From positions 1-42,235 of the IMG/VR virus record IMGVR_UViG_3300020215_000089: 42,235 bases of DNA; one strand, 5' to 3'. The notes below the pieces were generated by a model, which searched no databases, was not told the origin of the DNA, and worked only from the letters and a program-made list of their open reading frames with translations. The position numbers and the translations under genes are program-made. This DNA is from a virus. Below are positions 7,585-16,386 of the stretch, one piece after another; the stretch's first letter is position 1; every line of letters starts with the position of its first letter.

Positions 7585-8673
7585 CTACACCAGCTCGTGG
7601 GTCGCGAGGATGCAACCCGCCGAGGGATTCAACACCGCTCCAGCCATGCGGACCTTGAAGGCCACCGTGCTGTTGAGGTGGTAAGGATCGTTGGTGGACT
7701 GCGGGCCGGGACGAGTGATGATGAACTTCACCGCACCGCCAAGCTCGGCCGCCGCCAGACACCCAGAGCCGAAAATGGGCGTCAGGTTGACGGAGTGAGC
7801 CGCGACGGCGTAGCGCGGGCAGTTGGCGGACTCCAGGAAGCGGACCTGGTGGACCGTCGCCACCTCGTGCTTGTACATGGTCTGTTTCGGACCCTCGGCG
7901 TAGTTGAGATGCCACTGCTTGAAGTCCGAGTTGCCCAGCATCGTCGCGATGGCGTTGGGATGGGCGATGGCCACATACTTACCATCCGACATCGGATCGA
8001 CGTTGAGCCGCTTGAGGCGAGCAACGGCCTTCCGCACGCCGATGGGGCCAAGGCGGGCAGAGATGGACGGAGCCGTCTTGGACACCGCCGACAGGCGAGC
8101 CGCCGACGTGCCGAAGACAACCGGCAAGCCGAACTGGAGGCTGTTGGCAGTCGTGCCGGTGTTGGCGCAGAACGCCGACGCCAGAACCGACATCCACGCC
8201 GACAGGATCTTGGTCTTGGTGTCCGCGAGCTGACCGACCTGGACGCGGGCGGCCGCGCCCGAGCCCTTGAACACGGCGTACTGGAGCGCGTTGTCCACCG
8301 TCAAGGCCGCGCTGTTCTCGATCTCACGCATGGCACCCTCGTCGACATCCAAAACCGCCGTCTGGCGAACCAGGTCCGTGATCTTGAAGTGCCGGCCGAA
8401 GGAGTTGATCGAGACATTGACCTTCCGCGAGGAAAGGGCAGTCGCGGCATTGGCGGACGCCTCAGCCAGGAAGGAAGACGCCGCAGCGATCCTGCGGAAG
8501 CCGTTCCAGGTGATCTGAGTGCCAGACCCCTGCGGGATGGGGTAAATCTGACCATCCATCTGAGGGACCTGGTAAAACCAGACCTTGTCGTAGAGCGCCC
8601 GCATGGCGCGCCGCGAAAAGTAAGATTCCAGTAGGTTGTCGTTGTTTACGGTGCTAGTATTTGCGTCGGCCAC
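7585..8673 (-). CDS. Major capsid protein (HK97 fold, podovirus type)
   Basis: 362 aa directly after the scaffold-like gene. IPQGSGTQITWNGFRR...SRKVNVSINSFGRHFKITDLVRQTAVLDVDEGAMREI resembles N4-gp56/T7-type capsid proteins. This is from memory, not searched. Confidence 0.75.
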   Translation of the reverse strand: MADANTSTVNNDNLLESYFSRRAMRALYDKVWFYQVPQMDGQIYPIPQGSGTQITWNGFRRIAAASSFLAEASANAATALSSRKVNVSINSFGRHFKITDLVRQTAVLDVDEGAMREIENSAALTVDNALQYAVFKGSGAAARVQVGQLADTKTKILSAWMSVLASAFCANTGTTANSLQFGLPVVFGTSAARLSAVSKTAPSISARLGPIGVRKAVARLKRLNVDPMSDGKYVAIAHPNAIATMLGNSDFKQWHLNYAEGPKQTMYKHEVATVHQVRFLESANCPRYAVAAHSVNLTPIFGSGCLAAAELGGAVKFIITRPGPQSTNDPYHLNSTVAFKVRMAGAVLNPSAGCILATHELV

Positions 8674-8694
8674 TTAACTCTCGACCCCTGTTTC

Positions 8695-9684
8695 TTAGCG
8701 GAACCTCAAGCCTCTGGATTTCCAGAAAGCCGCTTCCTGCTCGGGCGTCATCTTGGCCAGGTGGGCGTTGATTTCGTCCGGGCTCATGGCGGCGTAGTTG
8801 GGCTCTGAGGGCTTGACGACAACTCGGGGGGCCGGATTGACTGGCGTAGGCGGAGCCTTCGCTGTCTTTCCCGTGGGAGTGGGGGTCTGAACCTGCTCCC
8901 CTGAGTCTTGCATCATCTCGGCTAACTTCAGGTCTGCCAGGTATTCGCGATAAGCCGCAGTCCAGGACGGGAGCCCTTTTTCCTCTCGTATCGCGGTTAG
9001 CTTCTCGATCCCCTCGGACGTAAAGACCCAAGGGTCCCGCTTGCGAATGACCTCAAGCTCCCGCCGCCTCTCCTGGTCCTCCAGCTTTTGGTTCAGGCTT
9101 TGAAGGCTCTGCGCCTCGGCTGAGTGCTTGGCTTCCATCATCTTGACCATGACCCTCGCCTGAGCGATGGCATGGGCTTGATGGATGGGCTGGCCAGCCG
9201 CCGCCGCCTCGTTAATCAGGTCTTGCGCCACCTGAATCTCAAAGGGCGACAAACTGACCGGAACAGGCGTAGACGGTGGGACAGCCGGGACGGGAGCGCC
9301 AGACTTGAGGGCGGCAACCTCGTTTTGTTTCTGCCGCAATTTGCGCTCCAGCTCGGCGTACTTGGCCAACGCCTCCTCGGCGCTAACCGTGGACTTTGTG
9401 ACTTTCTCCTGATTGACCGAACCGTCAGGGTTTTTGAACTTGTCCGGGACGGGAGTTGCCGGGGCCGTGGCCGGTTGCTCGGGCTCGACCGTCTCAGTCA
9501 CGTTCTCAACCTTCGGCGGCTCTTGCGTCTGCTGCTGCTCTTTGGCGAGGAAGGCTAGGTCCTTAGCCAGGTCCCCCGGCTTACCGGAGAACTCCTGCGG
9601 TGGGGCTTCATTGACGACGGGGTTTGCTCCCCCAGCGCCAAGGTCAACTTCCACCGTCTCAACCGTCGTGCCTTCGCCTTCCAT
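8695..9684 (-). CDS. Scaffolding protein (putative)
   Basis: 329 aa, acidic and Pro/Glu/Ala/Gln-rich with coiled-coil-like segments. It lies between the portal and the capsid gene. GAGGAG sits 6 nt upstream of the ATG. Confidence 0.6.
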   Translation of the reverse strand: MEGEGTTVETVEVDLGAGGANPVVNEAPPQEFSGKPGDLAKDLAFLAKEQQQTQEPPKVENVTETVEPEQPATAPATPVPDKFKNPDGSVNQEKVTKSTVSAEEALAKYAELERKLRQKQNEVAALKSGAPVPAVPPSTPVPVSLSPFEIQVAQDLINEAAAAGQPIHQAHAIAQARVMVKMMEAKHSAEAQSLQSLNQKLEDQERRRELEVIRKRDPWVFTSEGIEKLTAIREEKGLPSWTAAYREYLADLKLAEMMQDSGEQVQTPTPTGKTAKAPPTPVNPAPRVVVKPSEPNYAAMSPDEINAHLAKMTPEQEAAFWKSRGLRFR

Positions 9685-9718
9685 GCTTTTCTCCTCGGGT
9701 TATCCTTTCGGGCCCGTC

Positions 9719-9994
9719 CTACTCCCCAGCCCCTATCCGGGGTTGTGGGGTCCCTGCTCGAATTTCATCCTCGACCGTCTCTTTGAAGTCCTCAAGCGCA
9801 CGGGCGCGAGAACCAAGACGAATCCCCGTCTTTCCAGTGGCCGACTCACACTTGGAAGACGACACGAGGTTAAAAAGCTGTTCCTTGGGGTCCCGGATCA
9901 TGCCTTCCAGAATTTCCCGGATGAGATGGCCACCAAGGCTGTTCCACGCCTCGGAGATGGCCAAAGACCTCTGGACGGGGGTCAGCTCAGCCAC
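9719..9994 (-). CDS. Small hypothetical head-module protein
   Basis: Hand-trimmed from ORF 9719..10147 to the GTG at 9994, which follows GGAGGA and overlaps the portal stop. It fills the 300-nt gap between portal and scaffold. Confidence 0.4.
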   Translation of the reverse strand: MAELTPVQRSLAISEAWNSLGGHLIREILEGMIRDPKEQLFNLVSSSKCESATGKTGIRLGSRARALEDFKETVEDEIRAGTPQPRIGAGE

Positions 9995-11984
9995 GCGGCG
10001 GCTCCTCCGGTTGTGGCGGCGGGGCCATCTGCTGAGCCATGCCGACGGCCATTTCCTGGGCCTTAGAGGCGATCTGGAGAGCGTCAGCCTCGGGCAGGAT
10101 GTAGGTGTCCTCGTCCTCGCCCAGGTCGGCAATCTGGGACTTGGCATTGCCCAGAGTGTTAAACCAGGGCATCATGCCGAACTGCTGCTGGAGGGCGACC
10201 TTTTGAGCCTGCCTCCGGGCCTTGTTCTCCATCTCGAAGACCCCCTTAGGGATCAGCCTGTAGTTCTGGGCCACCTGCTCAGGGCTCATGAGGATGAGTT
10301 GAGCGGCCTTCTCAGGCCCCAAGGCCATGACGTAGTCCTCGGGGTTGTAGTTCTGGTAGATGAGTGCCCAGATTCGATGGGACAGGCGCTTCTGGAAACC
10401 GAACTCGGACAGCTTGGCCAAAAAGGCCATCTTGTCCTGGGTTACGCCTTGCTGAATCTCCTGCCCGCCTAGCGTGCGGTTGGAGTCGTTAACCTGATTG
10501 GCCGTGCCAAGGGTTGCCCGGGTTACCGACGTGCGCTCCTGGGCGATGCGCTCCCATTCCTGGGGCTCGACGAAGGCTGTACGATCAGGCCCGCCCATGT
10601 CGATGCGCTGGAAGAAGTTCGACAGGTTGGCTTGGTCTACGCCCTTGGGCAGTTTGAAGCGGATGACGTTGCGGTTTTCGTCCACGTCCTTGGGGTCAAC
10701 GAGGGCGCTCTCGATAATCGCGAACTTCTGCATAAGCCCAATTGACCCAGCGTCCAACCGTTGATTGACCGTCTCGGAGGCCACAAGCTGGGCGTCCTTG
10801 AGCATCTCAGGGATGCCCCGGCCGTAGGACTGGCCGGCCACGGGCATATAGTCGTCCTGCTCAAGGTCAGGCTCGCCGTCGTAGGTGTCATTGACGGCGA
10901 CAGACACGACGCAAACGCCTTTCTTAATGCGGAGGCGGGCGGGGACTAGAGCCTCGGGGTCATCAATCGGCTGACCGTCGATGAGGACCCATTTCTTGGG
11001 CAAACGGGCCTGAATCTCGAAGCACTCATGTTGACGGGCGTAATCCGGCCGCTCGACCTTGGTGTCGGAAATCTGCCGGTCAGACTCGACTTGCTTCTTG
11101 TCCTCAGGCGTCTCCTCATCGGAGGGCAGGTCCTTGAGCTTGGCCGCGGCCTCGGGCAGGTAATAGCCTTCCGCAGCGCCCTTGACGATGTCGCCATAGG
11201 TCTCGTAGTAGCGATGGGCAATCGGGAAGCCCTTGGTCGTGTTGAGGGACTTGGGGTCTTTGAAGATGTCCCAGATGGAGATATGTTCGAGTCTGACACC
11301 CCGGTAGGTAATGACGTCTTGGACCTCGTCCCGGTAGCCGATGATGCGCGCCTGACCGCTGAGACTGCGGAACAGGGACATGGGGTCAGAAAGGCTCACC
11401 TGCTCATAGACCGGCACCTTGACCGGCCGGGGCTCGACCTTCTCCTCAAACCTGGCCCGCATAAAGCCCGACCCATACGTCGTCTTGTCCTCGTTGACGG
11501 CGTTGCGGGCTATTTCGTACTCGGCCTTTTCCCGCTCGATGAGGACCAAGTCACGGATCAACTCACCCTGGTCAACCGGAGGCGGCATGCCCGGCACCAC
11601 CTGCCGGGGAACCTCAACGCGGGGTTTGTACTCAAGCGGCGGCTTGGCCCCTAGCTCGATGTGAAACAGGCTTGCTAGGGCGTTCTCACGGTGGGACGCC
11701 GTCAGCGGCCAGACGGCCTTGGACTGCCACTTCTCTTTCTTGGCCGCGAGGTTGGCGTCATAGATCGAGTCAGCCGCCCTCTGCCACCGCCGCCACTGCT
11801 CTTCCCAGGAGTTTTTGCGCCACTCCATGGACTTGTCAAGCCAGCGGGTTGCCCAGTCCAGCAGCTCGCCCAGCATGGCGTCACGGTCGAGGACGATTTC
11901 CTCCGGGATTGCCGGGGTTTCGGCTTCTACCGGGTTTTCCGGGAAAACGGGGTTGACGGACTCGGGCATCTCGGCGCTATTCAT
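9987..11984 (-). CDS. Portal protein (putative)
   Basis: About 665 aa from the ATG at 11984, which forms an ATGA overlap with the upstream ORF. It is the largest head-module ORF between the terminase and the scaffold. Assigned by size and position. Confidence 0.7.
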   Translation of the reverse strand: MNSAEMPESVNPVFPENPVEAETPAIPEEIVLDRDAMLGELLDWATRWLDKSMEWRKNSWEEQWRRWQRAADSIYDANLAAKKEKWQSKAVWPLTASHRENALASLFHIELGAKPPLEYKPRVEVPRQVVPGMPPPVDQGELIRDLVLIEREKAEYEIARNAVNEDKTTYGSGFMRARFEEKVEPRPVKVPVYEQVSLSDPMSLFRSLSGQARIIGYRDEVQDVITYRGVRLEHISIWDIFKDPKSLNTTKGFPIAHRYYETYGDIVKGAAEGYYLPEAAAKLKDLPSDEETPEDKKQVESDRQISDTKVERPDYARQHECFEIQARLPKKWVLIDGQPIDDPEALVPARLRIKKGVCVVSVAVNDTYDGEPDLEQDDYMPVAGQSYGRGIPEMLKDAQLVASETVNQRLDAGSIGLMQKFAIIESALVDPKDVDENRNVIRFKLPKGVDQANLSNFFQRIDMGGPDRTAFVEPQEWERIAQERTSVTRATLGTANQVNDSNRTLGGQEIQQGVTQDKMAFLAKLSEFGFQKRLSHRIWALIYQNYNPEDYVMALGPEKAAQLILMSPEQVAQNYRLIPKGVFEMENKARRQAQKVALQQQFGMMPWFNTLGNAKSQIADLGEDEDTYILPEADALQIASKAQEMAVGMAQQMAPPPQPEEPPRG

Positions 11985-12199
11985 CGCGTCTCCACGCTCG
12001 CCATGCGAAGTCCCCAACGCGAAAAGGGCGCTTGCGGCAGATCCTGGTAGGCGACTCGCAGGGAACCCGGCTTAGGGGTGTAACCGGCCTCGCGAAGTCT
12101 CCGAGAAACGCTCCGCCGCAGCCAGCGGAAGAAATCCAACGGCAGGCGTAGGTCGGAACCAACCATCGTCGACGCCGAGTAGACGGCTGCACTATTCAT
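11981..12199 (-). CDS. Hypothetical protein
   Basis: 72 aa, trimmed from ORF 11981..12274 to the ATG at 12199. It is coupled at both ends (ATGAATAG at its start, ATGA at the portal start). Confidence 0.4.
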   Translation of the reverse strand: MNSAAVYSASTMVGSDLRLPLDFFRWLRRSVSRRLREAGYTPKPGSLRVAYQDLPQAPFSRWGLRMASVETR

Positions 12200-12356
12200 C
12201 GGGCGTTCCGTCCTTGTGGGCGTAAATGACCTCGTGCCCGATGTGCTTGGGGCGAATCTCAGACTTGGAGCCAAGGAAGGTCTTGCAGTCGAGGCAGCGG
12301 ATAGCCTCCCAACGTCTAGGCTTCTCGGACGCCTGCTCGTAGACCCATCTAGGCAT
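12192..12356 (-). CDS. Hypothetical small protein
   Basis: 54 aa from the ATG at 12356 (MPRWVYEQ...), overlapping the terL stop by 8 nt. Confidence 0.45.
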   Translation of the reverse strand: MPRWVYEQASEKPRRWEAIRCLDCKTFLGSKSEIRPKHIGHEVIYAHKDGTPDE

Positions 12357-13932
12357 CGGTGTTGACTCCGTAGCCGCTAGACGTGGCGGGAACCCAGGCC
12401 GAGACATCCTCAACCACCGGCCCGCTCATCAAGTCGTAGCGCAGGACGTCGCAGAAGTCCTTGTGATCTTCCATCGGCTTGCCCGTCTTGGGGTCGCGCG
12501 ACCACCGCTCAAGGGCGGCAATCAAGTTCTTGCAGCGCGGGGAAATGCGGATCTTTGGGCGGTTAAGACCGTCTAAGGGCTTAGACTTGTCGTAGGCCAG
12601 GTACTCCTTAACCTTGAGGATTCCCGTCTCAATCTCCTCGGCATTGGTGTAGGAGTTGGAGAACTCAATGCCCTGCTCGGCAAACTCCTGACGGAGGGTA
12701 AGCCCACCAACCGTCCTGCGAACTGCACCGAAATGGCGGTCAAGGATTCGGCTATCAACTCTCCGCCCTTTCTCTCGGGCACGGATCAAGTCAGCGTAGT
12801 CTTTGACCGTTAAATTGCTGTCTTTGGCTCCCTCAAACGGGAAATCGGGCCACTCGTCGTAGTAGTGGACGACTCCGGCCTTGTCGACATACCGCCAGAG
12901 GATGGCCAGGGGCTTGGCAATGGCAGGATCGCACGCCATCCCAATCGAGATAGGCTCATCCGTCGGCGGTTCAAACTCTTCCTTGGCCACATGGACAGAG
13001 CGGTCAAAGGTCTTGAAGATGCGGCCCGACAGGTGCATGAAATTTCCATGCGCCCGGGCCTCAATCTCGTCAGGGTCGTAGCGGGCAATGATGCGCTGGA
13101 TGTCGTCATGCTGGAGCTGGCCATTCTTGCCATGCTCAACACAGTTGTCCTCGATGTCGGCATGGAGACAGACGGCCTTGCCAACCGGCTTGCCATCAAC
13201 CACGATTTCCGGCTTGTCTACGATGTCGTCTTTGACCCAGGCCGAGGACAAAAGCGGGGTCATGTCGAAGATGTTGATACCGCCCATGCGCTGACGGGCC
13301 ACGCAAGCGTTGAAGATGGGCTTGGGCGGCGGCTCGACAAACACATTGATAGCGATGGTCTTACCCTCGAACTCCTTAACCGCCTGCTCGTTGGTCATGA
13401 CCTCACCGAAAAAGCCCGTATCGGTGTAGAGAAAGCGGTTGTATTGCTTGCCGCCCTTGACCCAGGTGTACCGCCCCTTGGGCCACCACTTAGCCGCTTC
13501 CATCTGGATGGGGCCGATGTCGCTGACCAGCTCGGACTCAGTGACGATGCGGATGCGCTTAGGCCAACGCTTGGGATATTCCTGGTACAGCGGATAATCG
13601 AAGGCCGACGACGGAGCGCCCCACATGATCGCCCCGAGGATGGCGAACACGATGGACGTTTTCCCCACTCCGTTGGCGTAGGCCAGCACGGTTATGAAGT
13701 TCTCCAGGTTGCCGATTTCACGGATTGCCCTCTCCTGCGCTCCGTTGGGCACCAGGAACCGCAGCGGCGTCTGAACCCTGGCCAGCTCCACTTCCTTCAC
13801 CCAGGCCAACGCTTGCGATTGTTTCTCCGGCGATAAGCTGCTCCAGGAGTCCCTTAGCTTGATGAGGGTTTGCGTCCAGTCCCTCGAATTGATGGGAGGA
13901 TTCAACGGTCTCTTGGGGCTTACCGATTCCAT
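12349..13932 (-). CDS. terL: Terminase large subunit
   Basis: 527 aa with a Walker-A-like VLAYANGVGKTS. Size and position are typical. The start is uncertain because the first 215 nt overlap the TerS-like ORF. Confidence 0.9.
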   Translation of the reverse strand: MESVSPKRPLNPPINSRDWTQTLIKLRDSWSSLSPEKQSQALAWVKEVELARVQTPLRFLVPNGAQERAIREIGNLENFITVLAYANGVGKTSIVFAILGAIMWGAPSSAFDYPLYQEYPKRWPKRIRIVTESELVSDIGPIQMEAAKWWPKGRYTWVKGGKQYNRFLYTDTGFFGEVMTNEQAVKEFEGKTIAINVFVEPPPKPIFNACVARQRMGGINIFDMTPLLSSAWVKDDIVDKPEIVVDGKPVGKAVCLHADIEDNCVEHGKNGQLQHDDIQRIIARYDPDEIEARAHGNFMHLSGRIFKTFDRSVHVAKEEFEPPTDEPISIGMACDPAIAKPLAILWRYVDKAGVVHYYDEWPDFPFEGAKDSNLTVKDYADLIRAREKGRRVDSRILDRHFGAVRRTVGGLTLRQEFAEQGIEFSNSYTNAEEIETGILKVKEYLAYDKSKPLDGLNRPKIRISPRCKNLIAALERWSRDPKTGKPMEDHKDFCDVLRYDLMSGPVVEDVSAWVPATSSGYGVNTDA

Positions 13933-14101
13933 AGGCCATGATCGTCTTGATGGCGTCTAACTGCTGCTTGTTGGGCGTCTCGGCCAGCGGACGCAGGAAG
14001 GTCTCGGCCTGCTCTACCGTCCATTTCTTGCACCAGTCCAGGAATGGCTTTTGCTTCGGGCGGCCAGCAGGGTTGCCACTCTTGCCAGGCTCAAAGGGCA
14101 T
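13718..14101 (-). CDS. terS: Terminase small subunit (putative)
   Basis: The N-terminal GKSGNPAGRPK motif is typical of one phage small-terminase family. It lies immediately upstream of terL. The C-terminal ~70 aa are low-complexity and overlap terL out of frame. Confidence 0.6.
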   Translation of the reverse strand: MPFEPGKSGNPAGRPKQKPFLDWCKKWTVEQAETFLRPLAETPNKQQLDAIKTIMAYGIGKPQETVESSHQFEGLDANPHQAKGLLEQLIAGETIASVGLGEGSGAGQGSDAAAVPGAQRSAGEGNP

Positions 14102-14666
14102 CTCTGCTCCCGGCTGTTACCGGCTTGAAAATCAATGAATCGTCAGAGCTATGAGGAATGACGGAAAGCGTCCCGTCGTTCTCGATTCTGGCCAGAGATG
14201 AGCGGATGGCGTCTTTGACTTCGAGCTTTAGGCGGATTTCGCGCTCGTAATGGTCGGCCACGAAATCAAGGACGTCCTCAACACGCTGGCCATACGGCTG
14301 GGGGCGGTTAGCCCACAGCTCCAGATTCTCAATGCGGTTGTCGGACTTAATTCCGTTCTTGTGGTGGACAGACTCCCACGGCCTCAGATCGCGCCTAAGA
14401 TGTCTCTGCATGACAACCCGATGCTCAGAATCCCCGCAGACGCGCATATAACCGTTGGGGTCCGGGCGTCGGCCGCCCTTCCAGTTACCGCTAAGCTCAC
14501 CGCGCCGCGCGTCGACACAGGCCCGGCTACAGAAAGACGATTCCGGGCGATGGCTCCAGGCCACTTCGCCGCAGTTGCGGCACAAAAAGCTGTAGACGGT
14601 CCTTCGCCTTTCCCCAATCGCACTTAAGCGCGCGAACTTCGGGACAATCTCTTCCTCAGTTCTCAC
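14091..14666 (-). CDS. HNH endonuclease (terminase-associated position)
   Basis: GYMRVCGDSEHRVVMQRHL...VHHKNGIKSDNRIENLEL is an HNH_3-type motif. The start is GTG, preceded by GAGGG. Confidence 0.85.
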   Translation of the reverse strand: MRTEEEIVPKFARLSAIGERRRTVYSFLCRNCGEVAWSHRPESSFCSRACVDARRGELSGNWKGGRRPDPNGYMRVCGDSEHRVVMQRHLRRDLRPWESVHHKNGIKSDNRIENLELWANRPQPYGQRVEDVLDFVADHYEREIRLKLEVKDAIRSSLARIENDGTLSVIPHSSDDSLIFKPVTAGSRDAL

Positions 14667-14680
14667 GCCACACCCTCACG

Positions 14681-14719
14681 CAAAAAAGAGAGCCCCCGCC
14701 CGGGATAGGACGGAGGCTC
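14681..14719 (-). terminator. Rho-independent terminator (proximal of a tandem pair)
   Basis: Minus strand has GAGCCTCCG, a loop, then CGGGGGCTC, followed by TCTTTTTTG. It ends 15 nt before the HNH start. Confidence 0.6.
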
Positions 14720-14757
14720 GTGCTGGTTGCTGAGGCCAGCGAATCGGTTTACGGCAT

Positions 14758-14791
14758 AAAAAAAGAGGCCGCGCATTTAAGCGCCAGCCTC
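14758..14791 (-). terminator. Rho-independent terminator (distal of a tandem pair)
   Basis: Minus strand has GAGGC..GGCGC-ttaaat-GCGC..GCCTC followed by TTTTTTT. Confidence 0.55.
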
Positions 14792-14855
14792 AGCAGGGTT
14801 AGTCTACACCCTCGAACGGATGTTCGCTAGATTTTTAAAGTCGCATTTTGTCGCA

Positions 14856-15164
14856 TCACCAGCCCAATGACGCCCAGCCGTAGGCGTCTGGCTTGGCAAT
14901 CTTAATCATGTTGTACAGATAGCCCCGTTGCTGGGTGCGGCTCACCGCTATTTCACTCCTGAGTGTCCCGTCCGCGCTTATCCTCGCGTCGGGCTTTGGT
15001 GGCGCAACGTGCTCGGCCCAAAACTCCTCGAACTCATTGTCTAGCTGGAAGAATATCTCCCGCGCATCAATCGACGCCTTAAAAAGAATGTCCGGCCTTT
15101 CTAGCGTATGCTCACAGTATGGGAGATGGACCGAGGCTTTCCCCTCAACCGCCCGGCACTTCAT
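14856..15164 (-). CDS. Hypothetical protein
   Basis: 102-aa ORF, last gene before the tandem terminators. Its ATG forms an ATGA overlap with the upstream HTH ORF. Confidence 0.6.
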   Translation of the reverse strand: MKCRAVEGKASVHLPYCEHTLERPDILFKASIDAREIFFQLDNEFEEFWAEHVAPPKPDARISADGTLRSEIAVSRTQQRGYLYNMIKIAKPDAYGWASLGW

Positions 15165-15331
15165 TTAGTGCTTACCCCGAACCGCTCGCACAGCCGGTAA
15201 AGCGTTGCCCTATGTATCCTGTGCGCCGCGCAAATCTCAGCGACCGCGTGTTTTCGTAGATAGTCGGCATTGACCTTGTCCAGCTTCCGGCGAAACTCCC
15301 TAGCTATGGCTGCTCGGCGCTTTTCGGTGAT
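15161..15331 (-). CDS. Small helix-turn-helix protein with apparent non-canonical (ATC) start
   Basis: Hand translation gives ITEKRRAAIAREFRRKLDKVNADYLRKHAVAEICAAHRIHRATLYRLCERFGVSTK*. GGGAGGAG lies 4-6 nt upstream of the ATC. There is no in-frame ATG, GTG or TTG after the upstream stop. Its stop overlaps the next ATG. Confidence 0.4.
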   Translation of the reverse strand: MTEKRRAAIAREFRRKLDKVNADYLRKHAVAEICAAHRIHRATLYRLCERFGVSTK

Positions 15332-15356
15332 TGCTCTCCTCCCTGCCGCATAGACG

Positions 15357-15563
15357 TTACCAGCCGCAACCGCAATACGTCTTTGTGTCCCACAAAAACC
15401 CCCGCGTTACAGCTATGACGTGCTGGCAAATGTGTTTAGCCTTTGTGCATTTCTCGCCGCGCGCCCGAACCGGACATCCGCCCAGGTGGTCGGGGTGATT
15501 TCTCGCAGAATCGCAGTAAAACACATGCTCGTCCTCGTGGCCGCACTTCGCGCATTTATCCAT
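15357..15563 (-). CDS. Cys/His-rich small protein (zinc-binding-like)
   Basis: ORF 15357..15584 trimmed to the ATG at 15563 (GAGG, then 7 nt). The sequence is MDKCAKCGHEDEHVFYCDS...CGCGW. Confidence 0.5.
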   Translation of the reverse strand: MDKCAKCGHEDEHVFYCDSARNHPDHLGGCPVRARGEKCTKAKHICQHVIAVTRGFLWDTKTYCGCGW

Positions 15564-15810
15564 TGCGATGCCTCGACGGGACATAAACCGGGACCCACTT
15601 CCCGTCCTTGGTCAGCTTCTTTTTGAACGTGTTTTCAGGCGGGACCATCGCCCCGCGCTCAAGATCCCTTAGCCTCTTCATCGTCTTGGCTTTCTTCTGC
15701 ATGACCTTGGACAGACATTTGTCCTGACACAGATGGGCGCACGCGCCGCACGACTTGCAAATCAGGTAGTCCACGATCCCGGCTCTCAGGCACTTCATGC
15801 AAACGGCCAT
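15556..15810 (-). CDS. Cys-rich small protein (zinc-finger-like)
   Basis: 84 aa with CMKC...CKSCGACAHLC and an AAGGAG Shine-Dalgarno site. Confidence 0.55.
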   Translation of the reverse strand: MAVCMKCLRAGIVDYLICKSCGACAHLCQDKCLSKVMQKKAKTMKRLRDLERGAMVPPENTFKKKLTKDGKWVPVYVPSRHRNG

Positions 15811-16113
15811 TTATTTCTCCTTTTCCAGTGCGTCGGCCAAATCCCTAAAAAATCGGACAGCCTCGGCGCGGGCATCGGGACACATGATTCCGTTCTCATA
15901 CATGGGCCTACCATCAATCTGGCTATTGCTTCGCCATGCGCCCCGCGTCGGCCCATAGTCATTGCCGCTTCCAAAGTCGTACCCATAGCCCGTCAAAATC
16001 GCCCACACGGCCCTAATGTTTGGGGAACAGGCGGCCTGTAGGCACATCAAAAACGCCTCTGCCATCTTCGTATTCAATCCTTCCTCCACCAGCCGTCTTT
16101 GGTTTTTCGCCAA
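15811..16113 (-). CDS. Hypothetical protein
   Basis: 100-aa ORF with a TTG start. An alternative ATG lies at 16065. Confidence 0.5.
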   Translation of the reverse strand: MAKNQRRLVEEGLNTKMAEAFLMCLQAACSPNIRAVWAILTGYGYDFGSGNDYGPTRGAWRSNSQIDGRPMYENGIMCPDARAEAVRFFRDLADALEKEK

Positions 16114-16125
16114 CCGTCGTTTGTT

Positions 16126-16386
16126 TTATTCAAGGCTAACCCCATTGTCCGCCATAATCTCATGGAGCTTGTCGCGCACGTCCTGGGAATGGACAGGGCC
16201 GCCCTCTCCGTACTTGGTGAGGCCCCGCAGCCATTGGTCGAACTCATGGACGGTGATGTACCAGTCCTGGGCCTTAACAGCGATGGCGTGGGCCTCGCGG
16301 TCGTCGGCGTTGTCGAGGTTGAATTCGAGCTTGGCGATCAGGGCTTCTCCATCACCTTCTCGGCCGCCTTGCCAATCCGTGCCCAT
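16126..16386 (-). CDS. Hypothetical protein
   Basis: 86-aa acidic ORF in the operon. Confidence 0.5.
   Translation of the reverse strand: MGTDWQGGREGDGEALIAKLEFNLDNADDREAHAIAVKAQDWYITVHEFDQWLRGLTKYGEGGPVHSQDVRDKLHEIMADNGVSLE

Noticed and set aside
7531-8634. Long plus-strand ORF (367 aa) antisense to the capsid gene, and similar long antisense ORFs such as 12865..13836, 1177..1962 and 9624..10472.
   Set aside because: They are Arg/Gly/Pro/Ala-rich with no motifs and lie fully inside well-supported minus-strand genes. Long spurious antisense frames are expected in high-GC DNA.
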